Assembly (NCBI GenBank): GCA_043753995.1 | Contig: JAYUVP010000347.1 | Span: forward strand, 1 to 30,089 | Direction of reading: 5' to 3' | Source of the DNA: Fibrobacterota bacterium | Lineage (GTDB): Bacteria; Fibrobacterota; Fibrobacteria; UBA11236 | Length of the DNA: 30,089 nucleotides | Shown here: in pieces, positions 17,672 to 25,784 of the stretch | Layout: every line of letters begins with the position of its first letter | Numbering within the stretch: the first letter of the stretch is position 1 | Program-made: the position numbers and the translations under genes | The notes under the pieces: model-generated | The model's input: only the letters and a program-made list of their open reading frames with translations | Databases searched by the model: none | Told to the model about the DNA's origin: nothing

Positions 17672-18591
17672 GGACAGGATCCACGACCTTGCTTTTCCGG
17701 TTATTGCGCAGGGTGGCCGTGGCCCTGCTTACGCTTTTTCTGATTGTGACCCTTTCTTATGCCATCATGCGGTCGTCGCCCGGAAAGCCATTTGAAACCG
17801 AGAAAAACCCTTCGCCCGAAGCTTTGGCCGAATTGCACCGCAAATACGACTTCACCTATGTTCAATACTTGCGGGGGCTCTTTCTGCATGGGGACTTGCG
17901 GTATAGCTATACCCATCGCGATAGAACCGTGAATGAAATCATCGCGGAAACCTTGCCCATTTCCATGCAGCTCGGTTTATTTGCCATGGGCGTGGCTCTA
18001 ATCGGAGGCTTGGCCGCGGGCCTGTTTTCCGCCCTATTGCGCGGTGGCTGGAGTGCGGCCGGTATCATGGCGGTGGCTTCGCTAGGAATTGCCATTCCCA
18101 ATTTTGTGGTCGGCACGGCCATGCAATGGCTTTTTGCATAGACCTTGCATTGGACCAAAATCGCCGGTTGGCCAGAACGGGGGAGCCTCGTTCTTCCTGT
18201 GTTCGCCCTCAGTCTCACCTTCATGGCCTATATCGCTCGCATCTCGCGAGGCAGCTTTCTGGAAAACCTCGGCAAGGATTATGTGCGCACCGCCCGGGCC
18301 AAAGGCCTCAGCGAATTTCGGATTTATTGGCACCACCTTTTTCGCAATTGCCTGCAACCGGTGATCAGTTACCTCGCTCCCGCAACGGCGTCGGCCTTGA
18401 CCGGCACCATGGTGATTGAGCGCATTTTCAATATTCCCGGTATGGGCCGATATTTCGTCGAATCGGTTTTTCAACGTGACTATCCCTTGGCTCTGGGCGT
18501 CATCTTGGTTTACTCATGCTTTTTATTGGCCTTGAATCTTGTCGCCGATGTGATACAAAGCCTCATTGATCCTCGCGTGGAGGTGAATTAA
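17668..18591 (+). pseudogene. oppB: Oligopeptide ABC permease OppB interrupted by one in-frame TAG at 18139-18141 (codon 158 of 307)
   Basis: ATG 17668 overlaps the oppA TGA. Both halves share one frame: ...GIAIPNFVVGTAMQWLFA*TLHWTKIAGWPERGSLVLPVFAL...DYVRTARAKGLSE...IERIFNIPGMGRY...RDYP...IDPRV. Confidence 0.9.
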
Positions 18592-19451
18592 TGGCCTCCC
18601 GAAATTCCTCTACGAATTCTTTTCTCGGCAATGCCACGCGCGACTGGCGCATTCGTTTGGCTGGAAGCATTCTGGTACTCATCGTGCTCGCCGTATTTTT
18701 AGGGCCTTCGGTTCTGCCTTCTTTTGAAGATCAAAATTTGGACATGCAATTGCTTTCCCCTTCCACTGCGCATTGGATGGGTACGGACCACCTCGGGCGT
18801 GATTTAATGGCGAGAGTGTTGAAGGGTGGGCAGCTGTCCCTGTGGGTGGGTCTGCTCGGGACGGCGGTCAGTGTGGTGGTCGGGACCATTTACGGTGGCA
18901 TAGCCGGATACTTTTCACAAAGGTTGGATCAAGTGCTGATGCGCTTTGTCGACATCCTCTATTCCCTACCCTATATGTTTCTCGTCATCATCCTGATTTT
19001 TGTCTTTGGGAAAAATCTGCTCGTGCTTTTCATTGCCTTGGGCCTTGTGCAATGGCTGACCATAGCCCGCATTGTGCGAGGGCAAGTCTTGGCCCTGAAG
19101 GAAGAAGAATTTGTGCTGGCAGCGCGCGCCTTGGGTGCCCCCGCCTGGCGCATACTTTTGCGGCATATTCTTCCCAATGTGATAGGGGTGGTCGTGGTAT
19201 ATGCCACCCTCACCGTGCCATCGGTGATTTTGCAGGAAGCCTTCCTGAGTTTTCTTGGCTTGAATGTCGAAAGCTGCACCTGGGGAGTGCTGATTTCAGA
19301 TGGCAAGGACTATATGGATACGGCGTGGTGGATGATTGCCTTTCCCGGCGCCATATTGACCCTTGGATTATTGGCTCTCAATGTTTTGGGAGACGCTTTA
19401 CGCGATGCTTTGGACCCAACCTTGGGCAAGGCATTGAAGAGCAAGACCTAG
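18591..19451 (+). CDS. oppC: Oligopeptide ABC permease OppC
   Basis: HWMGTDHLGRD, ARIVRGQVL, EAA loop EFVLAARALGA, RHILPN, EAFLSFLGL and GDALRDALDP. Ends in TAG. Confidence 0.94.
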   Translation: MASRNSSTNSFLGNATRDWRIRLAGSILVLIVLAVFLGPSVLPSFEDQNLDMQLLSPSTAHWMGTDHLGRDLMARVLKGGQLSLWVGLLGTAVSVVVGTIYGGIAGYFSQRLDQVLMRFVDILYSLPYMFLVIILIFVFGKNLLVLFIALGLVQWLTIARIVRGQVLALKEEEFVLAARALGAPAWRILLRHILPNVIGVVVVYATLTVPSVILQEAFLSFLGLNVESCTWGVLISDGKDYMDTAWWMIAFPGAILTLGLLALNVLGDALRDALDPTLGKALKSKT

Positions 19452-19473
19452 TCAAGGTCAACCGAGTCGAAAC

Positions 19474-19504
19474 AAAAAAAATAGAGGCTAAATAATGGCC
19501 TCTA
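19474..19504 (-). terminator. Second terminator-like hairpin downstream of the tRNA
   Basis: Inverted repeat TAGAGGC-N9-GCCTCTA (19482-19504) with an A8 run on its left, which gives a U tract on the minus strand. Confidence 0.5.
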
Positions 19505-19516
19505 AAAACTGGAAAC

Positions 19517-19550
19517 AAAAAACCCTTCGAAGCCAGGCTTCGAAGGGTTT
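19517..19550 (-). terminator. Rho-independent terminator of tRNA-Met (possibly bidirectional)
   Basis: Perfect 14-bp inverted repeat AAACCCTTCGAAGC-CAG-GCTTCGAAGGGTTT right after the tRNA CCA, with a U run on the minus strand. Confidence 0.8.
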
Positions 19551-19555
19551 AAAGT

Positions 19556-19632
<77 letters not shown>

Positions 19633-19643
19633 ACGATTTCACC

Positions 19644-19672
19644 AATGTAAACCAAAGCTCGCAACTTGGCAA
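19644..19672 (-). promoter_or_regulatory. Putative sigma70 promoter of the tRNA
   Basis: TTGCCA-N17-TACATT on the minus strand, 11 nt upstream of the mature tRNA 5' end. Confidence 0.65.
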
Positions 19673-19683
19673 GATCTCCGGCC

Positions 19684-20433
19684 TCAATTTAGGGGTCTGT
19701 TGAATTTTTCTTCACCGCCTGAACCGTTTAGCGAGCGTAGCAAATGGGTCACGGCCGAGCTCTCGCCAAGACATATCACTTCGTCGCTGAGTTGATTCAA
19801 TGCGAGACGTGTCAAATGAAAGGCTTGCCCCAAGGTCAAAAACAAGGTGACTAAGCCAAAATGATCGGCATAGGCATCGCGCGAGGCTTGACGGAATTGC
19901 TCGGTGCCCAGCTCTTCGAGAAAATTCAATCCAGGTGCGGCGCGGCGACGTTCGCGTTCTTCCACGGCATGAAAAAGCATGCCCGATTCAAACAAGGCAC
20001 GATTGCCAATATGCACCGAAAGCAAAAAGCGTTTTTCCCCGTGGGATTGCTGCAGGGCCTGCAGCATTTCGTAGTAATAAGCTTTAGGCTCTTCGTCCTC
20101 AAGGGGTTTATTCATGCGGGGATGCACGGCAAAGGCACAAAGCAAGGCCGCCACATAATCGGCCAGATTGCGATTGTCCAAGTGCTGGGAGACTAGCACA
20201 TGCCTTACCGTCACATAGAAGTAAAATGGCAGAGAAACTTCGACGCATTTGCCATGCTCAAGCAGCGAGCGGTAGAGTTCGGCACGATCGAGCAATTCGT
20301 CCAGATGATCGGGATCCTCGACGAGGTAACGCCAAAGTGACCCAGAGTCGCCTTCTGGAAAGACGCTTTGCGAGAGGAAGTGATAGTCGGCCGCCGTGAA
20401 GCGCTGGCGGCAATTCGGTCTAATGACTTGCAT
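19684..20433 (-). CDS. Conserved hypothetical protein
   Basis: 249-aa ORF with an AGGGG RBS. Motifs IRPNCRQRFTAADY, VSLPFYFYVTVRH, ADYVAALL and HIGNRALFESGM resemble an uncharacterised helical family that I associate with Verrucomicrobia-type genomes (recall, not searched). Confidence 0.75.
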   Translation of the reverse strand: MQVIRPNCRQRFTAADYHFLSQSVFPEGDSGSLWRYLVEDPDHLDELLDRAELYRSLLEHGKCVEVSLPFYFYVTVRHVLVSQHLDNRNLADYVAALLCAFAVHPRMNKPLEDEEPKAYYYEMLQALQQSHGEKRFLLSVHIGNRALFESGMLFHAVEERERRRAAPGLNFLEELGTEQFRQASRDAYADHFGLVTLFLTLGQAFHLTRLALNQLSDEVICLGESSAVTHLLRSLNGSGGEEKFNRPLN

Positions 20434-20585
20434 GTCCGGCCCCTACCTTTATATCGGATGATAAGCCGGATGACATAAGGCGACTAGGTCAAATTCAGGG
20501 GGATGAGGCTATTTGAGGATGATTTATCCACAAAGGACACAAATCAAAACTGATTTTCATGGGGCCATGCGGGTACGATGCCTTG

Positions 20586-21413
20586 TCAACGTGGTTCGGA
20601 AGCCAGCAAGGCCCTTAAGCGCCGAGGCAAATCCTGTTGGAAGCGACACCAATCGGGCTCAAGGCGTGGCTCCAGAGGAGCATTTAAATCCGACCACCAC
20701 GATTGACGAGTAGTGAGGCGCAAAGCCCATTCTGGCTGACTTTTCACCACATTCCAAAACACGGCCTGATAGCTCAGGCGGGAAGAGCCGTGATGGCTGC
20801 CCCGGCTCCATGACCTCATCTCGACTTGAATAGAGTCGATCAGGAATAAATGGGTCGCACCCAATTTACCGCCCAGGGAGGAAAGGCGACTTTTGACGGA
20901 ATCAGGGGTAAAGCGATCGCGTGGCCGGTAAATCAAAGCTTGGTCGGCTGGCTCAAACCAAGTGCGCCAGGGTAGGCCAAAGGCCCGGCCACGATTTATC
21001 CAAATCGTGTCGGCTTGCAATAATGGGTCTTCGGGAGATATTACGAAGGCGCCGCTGTGGCTCCATTGCGAAAGGATTTCGCGATGCCAAGCGGGAAGAA
21101 AAAACTCCAATACATTGGGGGTGAGACGATCGCAACTGTCGCAAATGGGTTTCTCGAAAAAATCGGTGACAATGACAGGCAAGACTGCTATGCGTAATGG
21201 GGTGACGGTGGAGTCCGAGGGAGGTGATTCGGGAACCGACCGAATGGAGTCCGACCAAAGGCTTTGATGCGTGGAGAACAAAGCAACTTGGGCGATAGAT
21301 CTATGGAATACATCGGCCGTCGCCGCTGAGGCAAGACACCCAAAAAACAGGGTTAGGCGACCGATCCATCTTGAACGCGTGATGAGGCTCGCGGGGTAAG
21401 TTTTCTTGTCCAT
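20586..21413 (-). CDS. Hypothetical exported protein
   Basis: 275-aa ORF with a signal-like N-terminus, RIAVLPV strand, CxxC (CDSC) and LGGKLGATHLF. Overlaps the upstream gene by 61 nt, so the start is uncertain. Confidence 0.6.
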   Translation of the reverse strand: MDKKTYPASLITRSRWIGRLTLFFGCLASAATADVFHRSIAQVALFSTHQSLWSDSIRSVPESPPSDSTVTPLRIAVLPVIVTDFFEKPICDSCDRLTPNVLEFFLPAWHREILSQWSHSGAFVISPEDPLLQADTIWINRGRAFGLPWRTWFEPADQALIYRPRDRFTPDSVKSRLSSLGGKLGATHLFLIDSIQVEMRSWSRGSHHGSSRLSYQAVFWNVVKSQPEWALRLTTRQSWWSDLNAPLEPRLEPDWCRFQQDLPRRLRALLASEPR

Positions 21414-23041
21414 TCGTAATAGGCCTCAATGGCTTCTCCGAGGCCTGCGAAGCTTCGATGAAAAAGTCCGCGCACTGCAGCCATATTCACCATTCCGCTT
21501 TTCGAGGCATAATAAAGCCGATTACCAAGAATGTACCCAAGTTGGGTGGCGAAGGAATGCGCCATGGATGGGTCCCGCATTAATACATCGGCGAATTTGA
21601 GATTCACTTCGGCGCTAGTAGGCTTTCGCCTTTCCAAATGCAAATGCTGGAGTAAAAGGCGAGCCAGGCGGATTTCGGTTTCGCTTTGGCGGATTTCGCC
21701 ACGCTTAATACGCCCCAACATGCGCCGAAGCCGAGTCTCGGTAGGCGCTTTGCGTTTTTCATTGACGAGCTTGGACCCGAAAAACCCCAGGGCTTCGGTC
21801 ATGGCGGTTTGATAAAAGGCGTCGAGGGCATTGCCTGGAATTTGCATAGGCCCGCGCAAAGCGGCATGGACAAAATGCGCGGCCTCTTCGGCAGCCTGGT
21901 TGATGCTGGCATTGGGCAGGTAAATCCAATACTGAGTTTGCTTTTCTCTTCCGAACTCCAACAAAAAGCCTTCTTCGCGGCCCAGCTTTTCGCGCAGCCG
22001 CGGCCAATGCGGCGCAAGACGCTTGTCGCTTTTGACGCGATCCGCAAAATCCAGATTGCGACTGGAAAACACCGTCAGCTTGTCGAGAACGCCCTTGGGT
22101 ATTTCCACCTTGAGCAGGGCTTCTAAATCGCGGATCATGCTTTGAATGTTCACCAAATAATTGTCGCCCCACAATTCAGCCCATTGGCCTTTGACCGGGA
22201 AATAGCCGTCTTCGGCATATTCTAACCAGTCGAGATAAGACTGCAATTTGGTGGCCGGCACGGTATTCATGAGGCAATATCGGCTTTCGTCGATTTTTAA
22301 AATCGCAGCCTCTTCTTGGCCAGCTTGGGCCAATTGCCAGTAAAGATTTTCCACGTTCTGGTATATCAATAAGCGCTTTGGTTCGACGCCCATAGGCATG
22401 AGCAAGCGATCCACTTCCTTGGGCAAATGCTGCGGAGCGATGTGATAATCCCCGTCGACCACATAGAGCAAGGCCGGAGCGAAACGCAAAAGCCCCCGAG
22501 CTACGACGCGCGCCGAGGCCTTATCACGCCAACGCAAGGCATGCGGCCCCGGTGGCGACAGGGCATTGATGCCTAGGACGCGAATGTTTTTCTCGCGGCA
22601 GAAATGGAGGAGAACGCGCCAGGGGTTGAAGTTGTAGGCCCATTTTTCGGCATAGCGAATGCGGCGTAGGAAATCGGCTTCTTCGATTTGTCCGGCTTGA
22701 TAAAGGTCAAGCCAACGCTGATCTTCGGCATGAAACATTTCCAAACAAAGGACAACTGGCCGCTTATCGGCCAAGGCTTGTAGCATGGCCAAAATGGCGC
22801 GTTGGGAATGTCGCAGGGTGTGATAATCGCCGTGATAGACGACGTCGACGCTTAGGGCTTTGCGAATGAGTTCAGTTCGAGTCGCCACCTTTTCGTATTG
22901 GCGCAAATCCCGCAAATATTCGCGGCCATAACGGGCAACATAGGGGGGATCGGCAAAATTCTCCCGAGTTGCCCTGAGCTTGGCGGCATAATTGCGGCGT
23001 TGTAGCCGCAAAAGCTCTAATCGAAGGGGATTTTGTGCCAT
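21353..23041 (-). CDS. ChaN-like (haem-uptake/Tiki superfamily) protein with a C-terminal extension
   Basis: DVVYHGDYHT, VVLCLEMF and DGDYHI match the ChaN/EreA-like fold. The C-terminal half carries AAEEAAHFVH...EALGFFGSK. Confidence 0.72.
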   Translation of the reverse strand: MAQNPLRLELLRLQRRNYAAKLRATRENFADPPYVARYGREYLRDLRQYEKVATRTELIRKALSVDVVYHGDYHTLRHSQRAILAMLQALADKRPVVLCLEMFHAEDQRWLDLYQAGQIEEADFLRRIRYAEKWAYNFNPWRVLLHFCREKNIRVLGINALSPPGPHALRWRDKASARVVARGLLRFAPALLYVVDGDYHIAPQHLPKEVDRLLMPMGVEPKRLLIYQNVENLYWQLAQAGQEEAAILKIDESRYCLMNTVPATKLQSYLDWLEYAEDGYFPVKGQWAELWGDNYLVNIQSMIRDLEALLKVEIPKGVLDKLTVFSSRNLDFADRVKSDKRLAPHWPRLREKLGREEGFLLEFGREKQTQYWIYLPNASINQAAEEAAHFVHAALRGPMQIPGNALDAFYQTAMTEALGFFGSKLVNEKRKAPTETRLRRMLGRIKRGEIRQSETEIRLARLLLQHLHLERRKPTSAEVNLKFADVLMRDPSMAHSFATQLGYILGNRLYYASKSGMVNMAAVRGLFHRSFAGLGEAIEAYYEWTRKLTPRASSRVQDGSVA

Positions 23042-23115
23042 AAGTGAACCTTATTATCCCAAATTCCTGGTGGCTACTACATTTCCCCGGCCACCGAAAC
23101 GAGAAGACGACTGCC

Positions 23116-24219
23116 ATGGGATTTAAATGCGGAATTGTGGGACTTCCCAATGTGGGAAAGTCCACCTTGTTCAATGCCTTGACTTCGGCGGGCGCCGAAG
23201 CGGCCAATTTTCCTTTTTGCACCAAGGATCCCAATGTGGGCATGGTGAATATTCCCGACAAGCGCCTCAAGGAATTGTCCAAGGTCTATAAGCCGAAACG
23301 CGAAGTGCCGGCCGTCATGCAATTCGTTGATATTGCCGGGCTCGTCAAAGGCGCCTCCCAAGGCGAAGGCCTGGGCAATCAATTCCTATCGCATATACGC
23401 GAAGTTGACGCCATCATGCACGTAGTGCGCTGCTTCGAGGACATCGACATCACCCATGTCGATGGGTCGGTAGACCCGGTGCGCGATGCCGATGTCGTGA
23501 ACATGGAACTGATTCTCCGTGACATGGACACGGTGGAAAAGAAGCTGCAAAAGGATCGCAAACTGGCAGGCCAGCCCACCAAGGAAAGCAAGGAAGCCAA
23601 GCAGCGCGTCGATATTCTCGAAAAGCTGATGAAGGTTTTCGACCAAGGCCTACCGGGTCGCAATGGCGGACTAAGCATCGAGGAAATCACCCTCGTCAAG
23701 GACTTGGGATTACTCACCCTTAAGCCCATGTTTTATTGCGCGAATGTCAAGGAAAGCGAGATTTTGACCGGCAACGCTATGGTCGAGGCCATGCAGCAAT
23801 ATGCCGCAGGGCAAGGCTGCGAGGTGCTCATGATCAGTGGCAAAATCGAATCTGAAATCGCCGAACTCGACGAAGAGGAAAAAGAAGCCTTTCTAAAGGA
23901 TCTCAGCCTTACCGAAAGTGGCCTCAATATGGTCATCCGCAAGGGCTTTAGCATGCTCGGACTTCAAACTTATTTTACGGCTGGGGAACAAGAGGTACGC
24001 GCATGGACCATACACAAGGGCTGGAAGGCCCCTGCGGCGGCAGGCGTTATCCACAGCGACTTCGAGCGCGGCTTTATTTGCGCTGAAACTTTGGGTTATG
24101 CGGATTTCCTGAAATACGGTTCGTGGCAAGCAGCCAAAGAAAAAGGTCTTGTGCGCACCGAAGGTAAGGAATACGTGATGCATGATGGCGATGTCGTGCA
24201 TTTCCTCTTCAATGTGTAA
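23116..24219 (+). CDS. ychF: Redox-regulated ATPase YchF
   Basis: [45 protein letters not shown] and the C-terminal TGS domain. True start is ATG 23116. Confidence 0.98.
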   Translation: MGFKCGIVGLPNVGKSTLFNALTSAGAEAANFPFCTKDPNVGMVNIPDKRLKELSKVYKPKREVPAVMQFVDIAGLVKGASQGEGLGNQFLSHIREVDAIMHVVRCFEDIDITHVDGSVDPVRDADVVNMELILRDMDTVEKKLQKDRKLAGQPTKESKEAKQRVDILEKLMKVFDQGLPGRNGGLSIEEITLVKDLGLLTLKPMFYCANVKESEILTGNAMVEAMQQYAAGQGCEVLMISGKIESEIAELDEEEKEAFLKDLSLTESGLNMVIRKGFSMLGLQTYFTAGEQEVRAWTIHKGWKAPAAAGVIHSDFERGFICAETLGYADFLKYGSWQAAKEKGLVRTEGKEYVMHDGDVVHFLFNV

Positions 24220-24245
24220 CCGTATTCTTTAATCCCTAGGCCGAT

Positions 24246-24860
24246 ATGGAAGACGAAAGCCCTCAAGAATTCGCAGACGAAGATTTTCTCGATGTCCGCA
24301 TCGACAATGTCTCCATTTCGAATCTCGGCTTTATCGTTTTCCTGCGGCATGGCACCGATTCGCGCGTCCTACCCATTTTCATAGGCTCCAATGAAGCACA
24401 TAGCATAGCCCTCGCGCTCAATGGACAGGCCTCTCCTCGTCCGATGACTCATGATTTGATGAAAATCATGCTGGAAGATTTGGGTTGGACGGTGGCGAAA
24501 ATTCAGGTCACCCATCTCGAAGAAAACACTTTTTTTGGCTGTATTTTCCTGGAACATGACCTTCTTCCCCCACGCCATTTCGATGCCCGTCCAAGCGATG
24601 CCATCGCTCTGGCGCTGCGCTTTCAATCCTTGATACATGTTCATCGCAAAGTGTATGAACAAGCCTCTGTCCCCATGGCCGCCGAAGCGACGGCGGAAAG
24701 TGAAAACGAATTGACCGAAATCACGCCCAAAGAACCCTCCCTGCGGGCCTCTCCCGTGGAAGACTTACGGATTCGTTTAAAAAAGGCCGTACAAGAAGAA
24801 CGCTATGAAGAAGCGGCCAAGCTCCGCGATGCATTGAGAAAATTACAAGCCGAAAATTGA
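24246..24860 (+). CDS. Bifunctional nuclease family protein (DUF151) with C-terminal UVR domain
   Basis: LPIFIGSNEA, RPMTHDL, DARPSDAIALALR and LKKAVQEERYEEAAKLRD. Confidence 0.93.
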   Translation: MEDESPQEFADEDFLDVRIDNVSISNLGFIVFLRHGTDSRVLPIFIGSNEAHSIALALNGQASPRPMTHDLMKIMLEDLGWTVAKIQVTHLEENTFFGCIFLEHDLLPPRHFDARPSDAIALALRFQSLIHVHRKVYEQASVPMAAEATAESENELTEITPKEPSLRASPVEDLRIRLKKAVQEERYEEAAKLRDALRKLQAEN

Positions 24861-24926
24861 GGATAGAAGACGGGCATTGTCAGCCTTCTGAGGTTGTTGC
24901 CCTCGCTTGAACTCAAACCCACCTGA

Positions 24927-25784
24927 TTATTGTGGAAAGGCCGGAATCGCCTCAAAATTGGGTGGTTGGGACTGAATCCCGGGCTCCGGGTCTTTATCTT
25001 TGGGATATAAATACCAGGCTGTTGCACCTAAGGCTGTCGCGGTAAAAACCCCGGTAACTCCCCAAAATTTGCCTTTGGTCCAAAAGGGCGTTTTTGCTGA
25101 TTTGGAAAGCAATTTTGTCTTTTCCTCGGCAGTCAAACCTTGAGGTTTGTCCTCCCCTTCTTCGGTGGTACCGCTGATTTTGGGATACGCTTTGGATAAG
25201 GTTTGGGTTCCACGAAAATCCAAATCGTTGACGGCTGCAAAGGTTGGATCCAGGTCAAACATGCTGCCGTCGGGGCGAATAAGGCCAGAGGCTCCCGTAA
25301 AAAAACTGTTGTGAATAATGACCGACTCGCTGGAAGATGTCACAGGAATAGGAGCACCCGAAATACCGGCAAAGTCCATGATTAACTGGCCGCCGGTTTC
25401 CACAATAATACCGCCCCAAGCCGCTTTTCCAGGCTCATTTTTGCCCTGGGTTGTATCCAGGGAGCCACTTAAGAATACCCACGTATCCTTGTTTCCCTTG
25501 AGTCTTAAGGTTCCATGAACGCGAATCACATTGCTGCTTTGCGGTCGATTGAAATAAAGCATGGTCCCGGCTTCCACCTCGGTAACTCGACCGGCCGCTA
25601 CCACCATGGTATCGCACCTTAAAGCATAGGGGACTTTTTGGTTGGAGCCGATGCTGCCCAATCGCGAGGGTAGATACCGATATCCTTCGCGCCTATCACG
25701 ACAGCTATTGGCCTCCACCGAGGCCACGAGGCCAATAAGCCAAAAACTGAATGCAGCTATCAGCCATTTAGGTAAAACCTTCAT
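24927..25784 (-). CDS. Hypothetical exported protein with short beta-helix-like domain and C-terminal membrane segment
   Basis: ATG 25784 overlaps the upstream TGA (ATGA). Signal peptide, VEAGTMLYF...VHGTLRLKG...WGGIIV, and C-terminal KFWGVTGVFTATALGATAWYLY followed by a Pro-rich tail. Confidence 0.75.
   Translation of the reverse strand: MKVLPKWLIAAFSFWLIGLVASVEANSCRDRREGYRYLPSRLGSIGSNQKVPYALRCDTMVVAAGRVTEVEAGTMLYFNRPQSSNVIRVHGTLRLKGNKDTWVFLSGSLDTTQGKNEPGKAAWGGIIVETGGQLIMDFAGISGAPIPVTSSSESVIIHNSFFTGASGLIRPDGSMFDLDPTFAAVNDLDFRGTQTLSKAYPKISGTTEEGEDKPQGLTAEEKTKLLSKSAKTPFWTKGKFWGVTGVFTATALGATAWYLYPKDKDPEPGIQSQPPNFEAIPAFPQ

Noticed and set aside
18842..19495. 217-aa alternate-frame ORF within oppC
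   Set aside because: Off-frame shadow with Cys/Arg/His-rich, non-protein-like composition.
23044..23115. 24-aa N-terminal extension of YchF
   Set aside because: YchF family proteins start at MGFKCGIVG, and this stretch is the divergent promoter gap.
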